The notes beneath the pieces were generated by a model. The model was not told the origin of the DNA and did no database searches. It saw only the letters and a program-made list of their open reading frames with translations. A stretch of DNA of 64,000 nucleotides from Chiloscyllium plagiosum. Taxonomy: Eukaryota. The position numbers were made by a program, and so were the translations under genes. This document shows positions 1 to 12,446 of the stretch, piece by piece (the first letter of the stretch is position 1; each line of letters opens with the position of its first letter). The stretch covers positions 3,450,932 to 3,514,931 of the forward strand of contig NC_057718.1 in assembly GCF_004010195.1 (NCBI RefSeq). The letters are read 5' to 3'.

Positions 1-178
1 AGAGACAGGCCACTATAAATGCCAGAGGAAACATCACAGAAGCGCTTCACAGGAGGCTCCCAAGCACTGAGAATGTCACCTAGACAGGGGACGAAATGTT
101 TGCAAGACAAATTCCAAGCTTGGCGAACAGAACCACAACAACGAGCACCCGAGCTACAAATCTTCTCCCAAACTTTGA
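1..178 (+). mobile_element. 3' terminus (pLTR) of a Penelope-like retroelement, with a degenerate hammerhead motif at 64-103
   Basis: Aligns end to end with 46553-46728, which follows a GIY-YIG-coding Penelope fragment (shared ...aggaggctcccaagcactga...gggacgaaa...cgaacagaaccacaacaacgagcacccgagctacaaatcttc). Confidence 0.8.
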
Positions 179-207
179 AGGTAAAGATTCTTTCTTCACT
201 GTGACTG

Positions 208-289
208 GTTGTTTGTCAGGCAATATCTGGCTGTGTGTGGAGCAGGAAATACAGCCTGGTTTTTAGCACAAAACTAATAATGAAACCCA
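208..289 (+). pseudogene. TCR-type J segment relic 1 with 12-RSS
   Basis: Nonamer GTTGTTTGT (208-216, 7/9 match to GGTTTTTGT), exact 12-bp spacer, heptamer GGCTGTG (229-235). Coding 236-289 reads WSRKYSLVFSTKLIMKP, i.e. FGxG apparently shortened by 6 nt. It ends in phase 1 at a mutated donor (ataaat). Confidence 0.6.
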
Positions 290-466
290 ATAAATGTTGT
301 ACTTTGTTGAGAGAATAGAGTCACAAATCTGATTGGAGAAAATTCAAATCTTTTCAAGAACAGTGCAGAAAATATGAGAATTAAATTGCTCGATGATTTC
401 CCATCACTGCGATGACAATGAAAATAGTCTGCTAGCAGGAGGGCATTGGAAATCAGAACACCCATC

Positions 467-563
467 AATTCTCCTCAAGGGCTATGTTACTGTGTGTTTT
501 CTGGAGGCTATGAAAAAATGATACTTTGCAGAGGCACCAAACGCATTGTTGACCCTGGTAAGA
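467..563 (+). pseudogene. TCR alpha/delta-like J segment relic 2
   Basis: Heptamer TACTGTG (488-494) with a poor nonamer 12 bp upstream. Coding 495-557 reads FSGGYEKMILCRGTKRIVDP followed by a phase-1 donor G|GTAAGA. This is a J-alpha-like GGYxKLIFGxGTKLIVxP pattern with FG mutated to LC. Confidence 0.7.
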
Positions 564-1390
564 GCTCAAATTATGAAAAAAGGGGAGGCATAAAGTTTCT
601 GCTAATTGATAAATATTGGTCAAATAATGTGTAATGTTAACTGGACAATTAAAAACCCAAATATTTATACCTTGAGCCCTTCAGTCAAAGAGAATGTGTT
701 CATCATTCACCTCTTTACAGTTCGATTTGATGATGTATGAAATCAGTTTAAGACCAAGAAACACATCAAGGCCAATTGTGATCATAAAACAGCAGGAATA
801 CCTTTCTTACAAACATCTTGACTGTTACCTTGGACTTGATCAAAATCATATTAATCTCACTGATGACTGTAAAACCCCAGGACACAGTCAGCAGTGACTG
901 AGGTTATTTACAGGAAAGTAAAACAGACACACAGAGTTTGAATTTAAAAAGTTCTGAGATCTGATTGAGGTACAAGAACAAAGTGAGGGAAAGTTGTCAG
1001 GAATCATGTTTTGTCTCCCCCTTGTCTAACAGCCCAGACTGATAGATTCTGCACTCCTTAAAGCAAATGCATAAATCCCAGATTAGAATCCAGGAGAGTC
1101 TGAGAGACTGTAACACACTCAGGGATACTGGGGAAACCTTCTGACAGTCCTGATGGCTGTTGTAGAAATTGTCATCCTTCAGCATAGTTTTCAATATTTC
1201 CCATGTAATAATGAGCTTACAATAAAAAAAACATTTTTATGATTATTTAAGCTTTGCTATAAAGGTAGTTTTACAATCAACATGGGAGACACAGTACAGT
1301 CAAATCTAAGTGCAGGTTAGAGCAGAATTGCACTGAAGTTGCTCTTTCGGAGGTTTTTGCTGAAGGGTTCACTAAATACAACCCTTTTGT

Positions 1391-1465
1391 GGGTTTTGTT
1401 AGTCTGTGTAGACTGTGAATACAATAGACAACAAAGCACAAAGCTAATGAAGGAACCCAGTAAGT
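1391..1465 (+). pseudogene. TCR-type J segment relic 3
   Basis: Nonamer GGGTTTTGT (1391-1399, 8/9), 11-bp spacer, heptamer GACTGTG (1411-1417). Coding 1418-1459 reads NTIDNK, then a frameshift where the FGxG part is missing, then STKLMKEP and a canonical phase-1 donor A|GTAAGT. Confidence 0.6.
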
Positions 1466-2060
1466 GTGATATTTCACAAAGATTGATGTCACAAATTTGA
1501 TCAATTGAAATTAATGTACTCCAGAGGCATAATGCAGGAAAGGTAGCTCATAACTTACTAGTTTATCTTTGCATGATTGAGATGGCAGTGAGGATAAAGG
1601 GAAGTGGACAGCAGTGGCGCATGAGGAGCCAGTATTGAATTGAATTAGCTTTATTGTCACAGTCTTCATTGTCACCACTCTCTGGGTGAAGCCATTCCTT
1701 CTCAAAGGGCCATTCAAGATGGACAACAAGTGCTGGCCCAGCCAGTGATGGTCACATCCCAAGACTGAATGAAACAAAATAAGGTGGAGACAGGCAAATG
1801 CTAAATATAATGCTGAGAACAAACAAGATGGAGAAGCAGAAAGGCAGAGAGAAGATAAAGAATGTGAGATTGAAGAACTGGTCCAAGAGGAGAAACAGTT
1901 TATTCTGTCTGTGAGTAAAACAAGGGAAAGTAACTGTTCCATTTCCAGATCAAACTCGCTGCTTTCTCCCTACTAGAGGAATGGAACACATTCCCCTCTC
2001 CAATAAATCCATGTGGAAATGTTTGCTGTGTCAGACTATTGTCAGATAAACAGGACTTAC

Positions 2061-2403
2061 CCATTACAGTCAGCTGGGTTCCTGTCCCACTGATATCTCC
2101 CCACACTTTACAGTAATAGACACCCTTATCACTGGGCTGCACATTAGTAATGGTCAGAATGAAATTGTTATTGGACGTGTATCTGGAAGACTGGAATCGC
2201 TCAGGGAATCCTGGGCTCCATTCTGTGATGTCCCAAGTCATGTGTTAAAATCGACTCTGTGTTATTCCCTGGTTTCTCCTGGTCCTAGGGACCATCGGTG
2301 TGTGTCACTGCAGCGTTCCTCATGGTGCACTGTAACCGGGCAGTGTGACCCTCGGTGACATGTTCCAGGATTGGAGACTGGAGATGGGCTGGGGGATTTG
2401 CAT
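2061..2403 (-). pseudogene. Germline-joined VJ-type Ig V-set exon V1 (pseudogene)
   Basis: Acceptor ttttcttcaaaag|, then ANPPAHLQSPILEHVTEGHTARLQCTMRNAAVTHTDGP*DQEKPGNNTESILTH/fs/ITEWSPGFPERFQSSRYTSNNNFILTITNVQPSDKGVYYCKVWGDISGTGTQLTVM, then donor G|GTAAGT. The core Trp is TAG (2285-2287) and there is a frameshift near 2235. Confidence 0.9.
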
Positions 2404-3439
2404 CTTTTGAAGAAAAGGTCTGAATAAATTAAAACTTGTTTGAAATTTCTGATGTCCTCCGAATCATACTTAAGTAGAAAGGACAGATTGTAGGAGTGTA
2501 ACAGTGGGATTAATTATTTCAATAAAACAAGACATTTTAAAGTGAGTTCTCAAAAATAAAGCATTAATCATTAATAAATGTTTAAACGTGAGTTCAAAAG
2601 TAAAACTAGTGAAACTTGGAAATGGTACAAACTGTTCTGACTTCCCTTTGTCCATCTGAAATTGAAACTCCAGTGTGATCAATACATTGAGTTCCAGATG
2701 AACACTGTGAAGGGATGGTGCTGGTAATTTTATTGTTTCCATGTGCTTTTTAAATTTTATTGAATTGTATCACAAATAAATAATTTGTTTTATTCTATTT
2801 TTTCCTTAATATCTGTCATGTAATAAACTTCTTTTTCTTGTTATAAGCCAAGCTGCAGCCTTACCTGCTTATGTTGCAGTGAAAGACCACCTCATTAAAT
2901 AAAATAATTAAACTTGGATCCATCAAGCTGGATCTTTCATTTGAAAATTAACACGATAAGGAAGAAACCAAATGGGACATTTGTAGAATTGGCAAGGGAG
3001 AAAGCAAGGATCGGGGATTTCCATCACTTAGATACAGAAAATAAATGTGAATGTAAGAGAAATTAGCATCATGGAAGATGAATATTTCACATGATCAGGA
3101 AGAAGAGATCACATCCAGAGTGAGGCACAACAGAGTGAATACACAGGTCGGGGGTTTTGGAGCAGTGTGGGAATTCAGTGCCAAGGGGAAGAGGTGCTTT
3201 CACTTGCTGTTTGAGTGATAGTTTGTCAAGTTTTGTTTAACAGGATAAATTGAAGCTCAGCGTCAGAGACCCAGCACAAAACAAAGAGTGATGTCACAGG
3301 AAAACATGCAGGTCATCGGTTGGTACTATCTATTTGTCTATCTATTAGAAGTTAATTTTAGATTAAAGGTCAATATGAGAAATATTTGACAGATTACAAA
3401 CCAAACGACATATAGAAAATTTAAGAAAAACTATGTACT

Positions 3440-3870
3440 AACAGGTGAAGGACCAGGTGATGTGCTATAATTACATGATGTGGAAGATGATGGACCCCAT
3501 TGTGGTTCATAGTGTAGCACAGCTGGAGCAAGTGTTGGTTCTTGATGAACTCTGGCTCAGAGTTGCTGAGGTAGGGTCAGAGCTTCAAACACTAACTCAT
3601 CAGGGAGGGGGCGCAAGTTACCTGGACACTGATTCAGGAGGCAGTCATACCTTGGAATCAATCAATTGTCAGGGAAAAGATGGTGTGATTCTGAGTGAGG
3701 GAGGTAGCGGGATCAAGGAGGTCATGCTGAAGAAGCCTTGGCCCTTGAGCTGTCTAACACATTTGAGATTCTTGTTCCCTGTGTAGATGAGACTGGGGGC
3801 TATCTGGAAGATGAGCAAACTGACCCCAGTACAGGAAGGGCAGTCTGGGAGAATGAATCATTGCTAATGG
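3440..3870 (+). mobile_element. Old CR1 LINE ORF1 fragment
   Basis: Peptide LDELWLRVAEVGSELQTLTHQGGGASYLDT resembles the CR1 ORF1 coiled-coil region (compare ~17310-17420). Confidence 0.55.
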
Positions 3871-4329
3871 GGACAGTTAGTGGGTGATAATGGGTTGTGT
3901 TTGGTAGCGGCCCATGTGATGACATGGCCTAGTTTGTGGGAGTTGGGTTAAAGAAAGGGGAAGGTAATTGTTGGGAAGAGGTATCAAAGAGGAATCTCAT
4001 GTTCTGTATTTTTCCAAACTTGTTGTTTTGTCGCCACAGTCTTATGAGACCACTGGGGCTTCTCTCATAAAAGTGACTGCTGGTGATTTAACCTGGGGGC
4101 CACTAGATCTCAGGTGAGGGAAGAGGTTGAGAAGGAGAGTCTTTCCTGGTAAACTCAAACCAGTGATGGGTATTGAACCCATGCTGTTGGTATCACACTG
4201 CTCTCTAAACCAACAATCCAGCCAACTGAACTAAACTGATGCCCTTTTTTGAAGAAAAAAAAAATGGCAGAGCAAATAAAATAAAATGAATGGAGGGTTA
4301 ACCAATGATTAACATAAAAACTGACAATA

Positions 4330-5850
4330 GGAGCTTCATTAAATATATAAAAATGTTGAGACCAGTCAAATTGTATCATGGCCACTTAGAAAATGAAACT
4401 GCAAAGATGGATCTGGGAATGGTTGAGGAGTTAAACAGATATTTTGCATCATTCTTTACAGTGTATTAAATGTCCCAGTAATACTAAAGAATATAGGGTG
4501 ATCAATTAAATACCATCATCATCAATAAAGAAGAAGTGTTTGACGAAATAAAGGGGTAAAAAGCAAAATGTGTACCATGGCCCTGAGGGCTTGAATCATT
4601 GGATCCTAAAAGAGGGGGCTATAGAAATAGCAATTGCATTGTTTGCAGTTTTCCAAACAAGAGGGATACAAAGACTTTACAGAGAAATATCGATAACTTA
4701 GGATGTGGGGATTGTATTGGGAGTATAACATGGGGAAAACCTGTAGCTGTCCAGTTTGGAAGGGCGAATCATGGAACAGGGAATTATTTTAATGGAGAAA
4801 ATCTGCAGTAAGCTGAAACACAATGGGGCTTGGGGTTATCTGTCCATGAAACTCTGGAAGCTAGCAAACAGGGACAGCAGGTAGTCAGGAAAACAGAAGG
4901 AATGTTGGAGTGTAAGAGGAGGGAACTTTTACTGCAACTGTACAAGGGGTTGGGGAAACCACATTTGGAGCACTGTCAGCAGTTTTGGACCGTTATTAAA
5001 CAAAGTTATCATTTCATTGCAGAAAGTTCAGAGAAGGCTCACTGTGATAATCCTTGGGATGAAGGAATTGTCTTTTGAACAAAGGCTAAACAGGTTGGGA
5101 CTCTATTCACTGGGGATTAGGAATTAGAGGTGATCGCATTGAACCCTATCAGATTATGAAGGGGCTTGACAGGTGAATGGTGAGAGGATGTTTCCCCTCA
5201 TGGACGGTCTAGTGTCAGAGGGCTTCGTCTCAGAATAAAGAAGCTAGGAGAAAGCGAGGACTGCAGATGCTGGAGATCAGAGTCAAGAGTGTGGTGCTGG
5301 AAAAACACAGCAGGTCAGGCATCATCTGAGGAGCAGGAGAATCAATGTTTCGGGAATAAGCCCTTCATCAGGAATGAGTTTATTTAGCGGGGGAGAGCTT
5401 CTTCAAGGTAGGCATCCTGGGAAGAAGTTTCACACTGAGGATGAAGGGCTTATGCCTGAAACATCGATTATCCTGCTCCTCGGATGCTGCCTGACCTGCT
5501 GTGCTTTTCCAGCACCACACTCTTGACTCAGAATAAAGGAGTACCAGTTTAAGATTGAGATGAGGAGGAAATTCTTCTCTCAGAGGGTTGTGAGACTTTG
5601 GAACTCCTTACCACAAAGACCTGTGGGGGCAGAATCCTTGTCCATTTAAGGCTGAGATCGATAGATTCTTAATGAGCTATCAGGAACAGGCAGGACCATG
5701 GACAGACAGGTTTTTGATCAGTCAGGGATTCTAGGATTATGTGGGAAATGCAGGAAAGTGGATGTGGAAATATTGGAGCAGCCATGACCTGATTGAAGGG
5801 TGGAGGAGGCTCGAGGAGCAGAATGGCCTACTCCTGTTCCTATTTCATAT
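4330..5850 (+). mobile_element. Decayed CR1 LINE ORF2 / 3' end
   Basis: LLQLYKGLGKPHLEHCQQFW RT C-terminal motif; 3' tail ...gaatggcctactcctgttcctat. Confidence 0.7.
5241..5526. mobile_element. Short Penelope-derived element made of two inverted copies, with a 12-bp target-site duplication
   Basis: ~90-bp inverted repeats at 5280-5369 and 5440-5529 carry a (ct)gatgaagggcttat-gcc/tccc-gaaac hammerhead-like motif. The element is flanked by CTCAGAATAAAG at 5229-5240 and 5527-5538. Confidence 0.7.
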
Positions 5851-5854
5851 CGTC

Positions 5855-8362
5855 ATAGAACATAGAACAGTTCAGCACAGAACAGGCCCTTCAGCCCACG
5901 ACGTTTTGCCAACCATTGATCCTCATGTATGCACCCTCAAATTTCTGTGACCATATGCATGTCCAGCAGTCTCTTAAATGTCCCCAATGACCTTGCTTCC
6001 ACAACTGCTGCTGGCAACGCATTCCATGCTCTCACAACCCTCTGTGTAAAGAATCCACCTCTGACATCCCCTCTATACTTTCCTCCAACCAGTTTAAACT
6101 ATGAACCCTCGTGTTAGCCATTTCTGCCCTGGGAAATAGTGTCTGGCTGTCGACTCTATCTATGCCTCTCATTATCTTGTATACCTCAATTAGGTTCCCT
6201 TTCCTCCTCCTTTCCTCCAATGAAAAAAGTCCGAGCTCAGTCAACATCTCTTCATAAGATAAACCCTCCAATCCAGGCAGCATCCTGGTAAACCTCCTCT
6301 GAACCCTCTCCAAAGCATCCACATCTTTCCTATAATAGGGCGACCAGAACTGGACGCAGTATTCCAAGTGCAGTCTAACCAAAATGTTTATAGAGCTGCA
6401 ACAAGATCTCACGACTCTTAAACTCAATCCCCCTGTTAATGAAAGCCAAAACACCATATGCTTTCTTAACAACCCTGTCCACTGGGTGGCCATTTTAAGG
6501 GATCTATGTACCTGCACACCAAGATCCCTCTGTTCCTCCACACTGCCAAGAATCCTATCCTTAACCCTGTACTCAGCTTTCAAATTCGACCTTCCAAAAC
6601 GCATCACCTCGCATTTATCCAGGTTGAACCCCATCTGCCGCCTCTCAGCCCATCTCTGCATCCTGTCAATGTCCTGCTGCAGCCTACAACAGCCCTCTAT
6701 ACTGCCAATGACACCTCCAACCTTTGTGTCATCTGCAAACATGCTGACCCATCCTACAATCTCCTCATCCAAGTCATTAATAAAAATTACAAACAACAGA
6801 GGCCCAAGGACAGAGCCCTGTGGAACACCACTCACCACAAACTTCCAGGCAGAATATTTTCCTTCTACTACCACTCGCTGTCTTCTGTTGGCCAGCCAAT
6901 TCTGTATCCAGACAGCTATGTTCCCTGAATCCCATTCCTCCTGACCTTCTGAATGAGCCTACCATGGGGAACCTAATCAAATGCCTTTCTGAAGTCCGAA
7001 TACACCACATCCACAGCTCGACCCTCACCAACCCTTCTCATCATAGCCTCAAAGAACTCTATAAGATTAGTGAGGCATGACCTGCCCCTCACAAAGCCAT
7101 GTTGATTGCATTTAATCAAGCCATGTTCTTCCAGATGGTCATAATCCTATCCCTCAGAATCCTTTCTAACACCTTGCAGACAACAGACGTGAGACTTACT
7201 GGTCTGTAATTGCCGGGGATTTCCCTATTTCCTTTCTTGAAGAGAGGAATTACATTTGCCTCTCTCCGGTCCTCAGGTATGACTCCAGTGGAGAGCAAGG
7301 ATGCAAAGATCTTCGCAAGTGGCGAAGCAATCACATTTCTCGNNNNNNNNNNNNNNNNNNNNNNNNNNNNNNNNNNNNNNNNNNNNNNNNNNNNNNNNNN
7401 NNNNNNNNNNNNNNNNNNNNNNNNNNNNNNNNNNNNNNNNNNNNNNNNNNNNNNNNNNNNNNNNNNNNNNNNNNNNNNNNNNNNNNNNNNNNNNNNNNNN
7501 NNNNNNNNNNNNNNNNNNNNNNNNNNNNNNNNNNNNNNNNNNNNNNNNNNNNNNNNNNNNNNNNNNNNNNNNNNNNNNNNNNNNNNNNNNNNNNNNNNNN
7601 NNNNNNNNNNNNNNNNNNNNNNNNNNNNNNNNNNNNNNNNNNNNNNNNNNNNNNNNNNNNNNNNNNNNNNNNNNNNNNNNNNNNNNNNNNNNNNNNNNNN
7701 NNNNNNNNNNNNNNNNNNNNNNNNNNNNNNNNNNNNNNNNNNNNNNNNNNNNNNNNNNNNNNNNNNNNNNNNNNNNNNNNNNNNNNNNNNNNNNNNNNNN
7801 NNNNNNNNNNNNNNNNNNNNNNNNNNNNNNNNNNNNNNNNNNNNNNNNNNNNNNNNNNNNNNNNNNNNNNNNNNNNNNNNNNNNNNNNNNNNNNNNNNNN
7901 NNNNNNNNNNNNNNNNNNNNNNNNNNNNNNNNNNNNNNNNNNNNNNNNNNNNNNNNNNNNNNNNNNNNNNNNNNNNNNNNNNNNNNNNNNNNNNAAGCCT
8001 TTCTCGTGCCCCCTCCTGGCTCTCCTCAGACCATTTTTGAGGTCCTTCCTTGCCTGCCTGTAATTCTCCAGAGCTGAGCTTGACCCTACCTTCCTCCACC
8101 TTATGTAAGCTACCTTCTTCCTTTTGACGAGAAGCTCCACCCCTCTCATCATCCAAGGTTCCTTTATCTTACCCCTTCTTGCCTGTCTCAGAGGGACATA
8201 TTTATTCATCACTCGCAACAACCGTTCCTGAAACAGTGTCCACATGTCTATAGTGCCTTTACCATGGAACAATTGCTCCCAGTCCATGCTTCCTAACTCA
8301 TGTCTACTTGTATAATAGTTTCCTCTTCCCCAATTAAATATCCTCCCATTTTGCCTAATCAT
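5855..8362 (-). mobile_element. 5'-truncated CR1 LINE (RT ORF2, frameshifted), spanning the gap
   Basis: GVPQGSVLGPLLF, FADDTK, LEYCVQFWSP and NYRPVSLTSVVCK motifs; tgttctatgttct-type tail at the left end. Confidence 0.95.
7343..7994. other. Assembly gap (652 N)
   Basis: Run of N. Confidence 1.
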
Positions 8363-8807
8363 ACAGTCATATAGTCTTATATTCTAGAATGTACAGAAAG
8401 AGTTTCAAGTAACAAAGGAGAAAGACTGGAACCAAAAAAGCAATTGACAGAAGTTGACATTTCCCATTTTCGTAAGACAGAACATACCAAAGCCAATTCA
8501 ATGGGAGACTGATGAGAATCAGAGGAACATCAATAGAATTTTCAGGAAAAGATACATCACAAATGTAAATAATTATTTTAACTATAATGTAGGACAGATA
8601 AAATATGAATGCTTTGAATGCACTAATGAGGGAGAGGGAAACCAGAACAGTCCAGAGAATTTGTCTTTAAATATGAACAAGGAGAGTGAGACCACTGGAG
8701 GGTCTCAGTTTTGAGGGGAGTATTTCCTTCAGCTTCAAAGCAATGAGGTAAACCAAGAAAGATCTTGAGAGACACTGAGTCAAGTCAATCCCTGACTCTG
8801 CCTAATA

Positions 8808-9633
8808 ATCCTATCTTGCACTAACGTGGGCAAATGTGAGGTCTTGCACTTTGGAAAAAAGAATACAAGCATGGATTACTTTCTAAACGGTGAGAAAATT
8901 CATAAAGCCAAAGTACAAAGGGATCTGGGAGTGCTAGTCGAGGATTCTCTAAATGTAAACATGCAGGTTGAATCCGTGATTTAAGAAAGCGAATGCAATG
9001 TTGTCATTTATCTCAAGAGCTTTGGAATATAAAAGCAGCGATGTGCTACTGAGCCTTTAAAAAGCTCTAGTTAGGCCCCATTTGGAGTATTGTGTCCAGG
9101 TTTGGGCCCCACACCTCAAGAGGGACATACTGGCACTGGAGCGTGTCCAGTGGAGATTCACACGGATGATCTTTGGAATGGCAGGTTTAACATACGAGGA
9201 ACGGCTGAGGATCCTGGGATTGTATTCATTGGAGTTCAGAAGGTTAAGGGGAGATCTAATAGAAACCCACAAGATAATACATGTCTTAGAAAGGGTAGAC
9301 GCTAAGAAATTGTTTCCGTTAGGAGAGGAGACTAGGACCTGTGGGCACAGCCTTAAAATTAGAGGGGGTAAATTCAGAACAGAAATGCGGAGACATTTCT
9401 TCAGCCAGAGAGTGGTGGGCCTGTGGAATTCATTGCCGCGGAGTGCTGTGGAGGCCGGGACGCTAAATGGCTTCAAGGCAGAGATTGATAAATTCTTGAT
9501 GTCACAAGGAATTAAGGGCTACGGGGAGAATTCTGGTAAGTGGAGTTGAAATGCCCGTTAGCCATGATTAAATGGCGGAGTTGACTCGATGGGCCGAATG
9601 GCCTTACTTCCACTCCTATGTCTTATGGTCTTA
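8808..9633 (+). mobile_element. CR1 LINE 3' fragment
   Basis: ORF 9082-9549 (EYCVQVWAPH...RRLRGDLIETHK...HFFSQRVVGLWNSLP); tail tcctatgtcttatggtctta. Confidence 0.9.
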
Positions 9634-10408
9634 TTGTCTTCCAGCGATATTAATGTTCGAATAGATATTAATTGGGTGTGTTCAGGAACTGTATGCAGAG
9701 TTGGATTACAAAGTGACTTGTTAATTGCAGAGGTGAGGTTGCAGTGAGAGGAGTAAAACACACTCTGACAGAAGGATTTTATTCTGTTTTAGTGAATGAC
9801 CTCACAGGTTCAAGAATATCAGCCTCACCATGGGTCATGGAACAACCAGTGGAGATGAAATAAACTGAAATGTAACATGAGGAACATCCTGGATTTTATC
9901 ATCATTGTATTGTGACTAAATCTCAGGTTTATAGATTTAGAACAATAGAATTATAGTCTATGAGCATGTTGATTTGGAATTTCAGTTCTCAGTATCAATT
10001 TTCAAAAGATTAATTGAATACAATGAAGGTGAACAGAATGAGGCTGATTGGTTCAGAATATCTTCTTCAGCAGAAATTTAACAAATGGATCCTGAATTCA
10101 GAGAGTTTTATCAAACAGCCTCCTCAGAAATGGAATCACAAAATCATTAGTGTTATGACTTGAGCAACAAAGTATTAATGAGGAAATAGTGTTTAGCCCA
10201 AGTACCAGACGATGGGGAATGGACAGAGGTCCATTCGGTGGTCACTCCACCTAACTTCCAGAATGAAATTTCACAAATCGTTTCAATAAAATCCCAACTG
10301 CAGGATTTCTAGAGATTACAAAAATGCAGGGAATTCAAGAAAATCACAAACTGAGTTTCAATTCATTCACTGAGCAAAAGGTTACAGTTCAGGAAGAACT
10401 GTACTTAC

Positions 10409-11087
10409 TGGTGACATTGAGCTGGCTTCCTCTCCCATAGATCTTTCTCCCCACACTTTACAGTAATAGACCCCAGTATCTCTGGGCTGCACATTTGTGA
10501 TGATCAGAATGAAACTGTTATTGGGGAGGTCTCTGGAAGACTGGAATCGCTCAGTGAATCCTGGGCTCCATTGTGTGAGAGACATATTTCCCATGTGTTA
10601 AAATTCGCATCTTATGACACCCTGGTTTTTGATGGTACCATTTAACAATGGCGTCTGTCACTGTGGCATTCCTCATGGTGCACTTTAACCAGGCAGTGTG
10701 ACCCTCAGTGACCCGTTCCATGCTCGGAGACTGGAGAAGATTAGATTAGATTACTTACAGTGTGGAAACAGGCCCTTCGGCCCAACAAGTCCACACCGAC
10801 CCGCCGAAGCGCAACCCACCCATACTCCTACATTTACCCCTTTAACCTAACACTACGGGCAATTTAGCATGGCCAATTCACCTGACCCGCACATTTTTGG
10901 ATTGTGGGAGGAAACCGGAGCACCCGGAGGAAACCCACGCAGACACGGGGAGAACGTGCAAACTCCACACAGTCAGTCGCCTGAGTCGGGAATTGAACCC
11001 GGGTCTCTGGCGCTGTGAGGCAGCAGTGCTAACCACTGTGCCACTGTGCCGCCCACGACTGGACTGGAAGGACTGGAAGATTTGTAC
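10409..11087 (-). pseudogene. Germline-joined VJ-type V exon V2 (pseudogene, SINE-interrupted)
   Basis: Acceptor ttttcttccctaaag|, then TNLPV[SINE]LLQSPSMERVTEGHTAWLKCTMRNATVTDAIVKWYHQKPGCHKMRILTH/fs/LTQWSPGFTERFQSSRDLPNNSFILIITNVQPRDTGVYYCKVWG/fs/IYGRGSQLNVT, then donor A|GTAAGT. Two frameshifts. Confidence 0.9.
10738..11056 (-). mobile_element. tRNA-derived SINE (HE1/V-SINE type), inserted in the V2 exon
   Basis: Head gggcggcacagtggcacagtggttagcactgctgcc with A/B boxes; core gtttgcacgttctccccgtgtctgcgtgggtttcctcc; (taatc)n tail. Confidence 0.95.
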
Positions 11088-12446
11088 CTTTAGGGAAGAA
11101 AATATTGAAAATTTCCGAATCAATTCTCTGGGTTAGAGTGTGTTGCCAGTTGTTCAAAGAAACAGTTCAGGTGGAACACATTCTGTGTTAAATAGGGAAG
11201 TAGTTTAAGGTTCAACCAGTGGAGTTGAAGCAGATCAAACAAACCATATTTGAGTAATTAAATATCTTTAATGACTATTACTGTAAATATTTAAAGAGGA
11301 ACAGAGTGTAGAGTGACTTTTGCTGAATAAAGGGTCGTTCCTTATTACAGCTCCCAGCTTCAGATTCTCCTTACTCCCTCTCTCCACCAGATTCTCTGAA
11401 CTCCTCATACATCCTGTTCCCTTCTCCTTGATCCCAGCCCCGTCTGGTACCTATTGCTCAGGATCTGCAGCCTCTTCTGGGAAGCTCCCTCTTTCCTCCC
11501 ATTCTGTTCACTGTTTTCCTCAGAATGATCGCCTTTCCCTGAACCAGACTCTTCACAATCCTCCCAGTGCCACGTATACAATGCCACACTGAGTGTAACT
11601 CACTCTCCAGTCAGTATTTTGCTTTGGGGACTGTGTGAATGATGATTCCACCTAGAAAGATGCGTCAATATTACCATGGGAACCCCAGCTACATCAGGGG
11701 CTTATGATGTTCATTGGAAAAAAACATGACAATGGATTCAATATTCAGAGGAATAGATAGGTGTTGCTGCACCCACAGGAAGGAATCCATTTATGGTGCT
11801 GTCTGTCTGATCCCACTGTCAATCAAGTTATCGAGTGACTGGAGGGGGTGAGAGTTTGAACAGTCAGCAGTCACACTCCACATATATCCCAATGACACAA
11901 GCAGAAAGAGGACTGTGCTCAAGCAGTCAGAGTTTAGGAAGTTAGGAAAGGAATCAGCAATTCCTCACAGTACCACGGATAAGTGAGTAGATCAACAGAA
12001 GGATGGGGCAGATGGATGGGTGGCTGGAGAGATGGTGCAAGAGGGAGGAGGATGTGAAATTTCCGCAACAATGATCCTGGGGAATCATGAGAAAATGATC
12101 AATGGAGAGGACAGAAAGATCGCAGCTAACAAGAGCCAGATTTTGTGAGCTGATGCCTGAGTGGTATTGGTGGGGGCTGGGAATAAATTAACTTGGCAGG
12201 GCTCTGGGCACCAGAAGGAAATGTCAGAGAGGAGTCTCAAGGTTCACAGACACAGACAGCTTGAAAGTACAAAGTCATAAGCAATTGGGTGGGTTCGGAG
12301 TAATGTCACAATGTCTAAAGTAATGTTTTTGTCCAAAGGATTTGCTTATAACTAATAAAGTTTCAGCTCATTTCTCTGAAACATCGATTCTTCTGTTCCT
12401 TGGATGCTGTCTAATCGGCGACGCTTTTCTAGCATCACACTCTTGT

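Noticed and set aside
7116-8362. Long ORFs of 258-346 aa
   Set aside because: Artefacts of translation through the N gap; the flanks are CR1 ORF2.
10990-11056. tRNA-like A/B boxes
   Set aside because: These are SINE heads, not tRNA genes.
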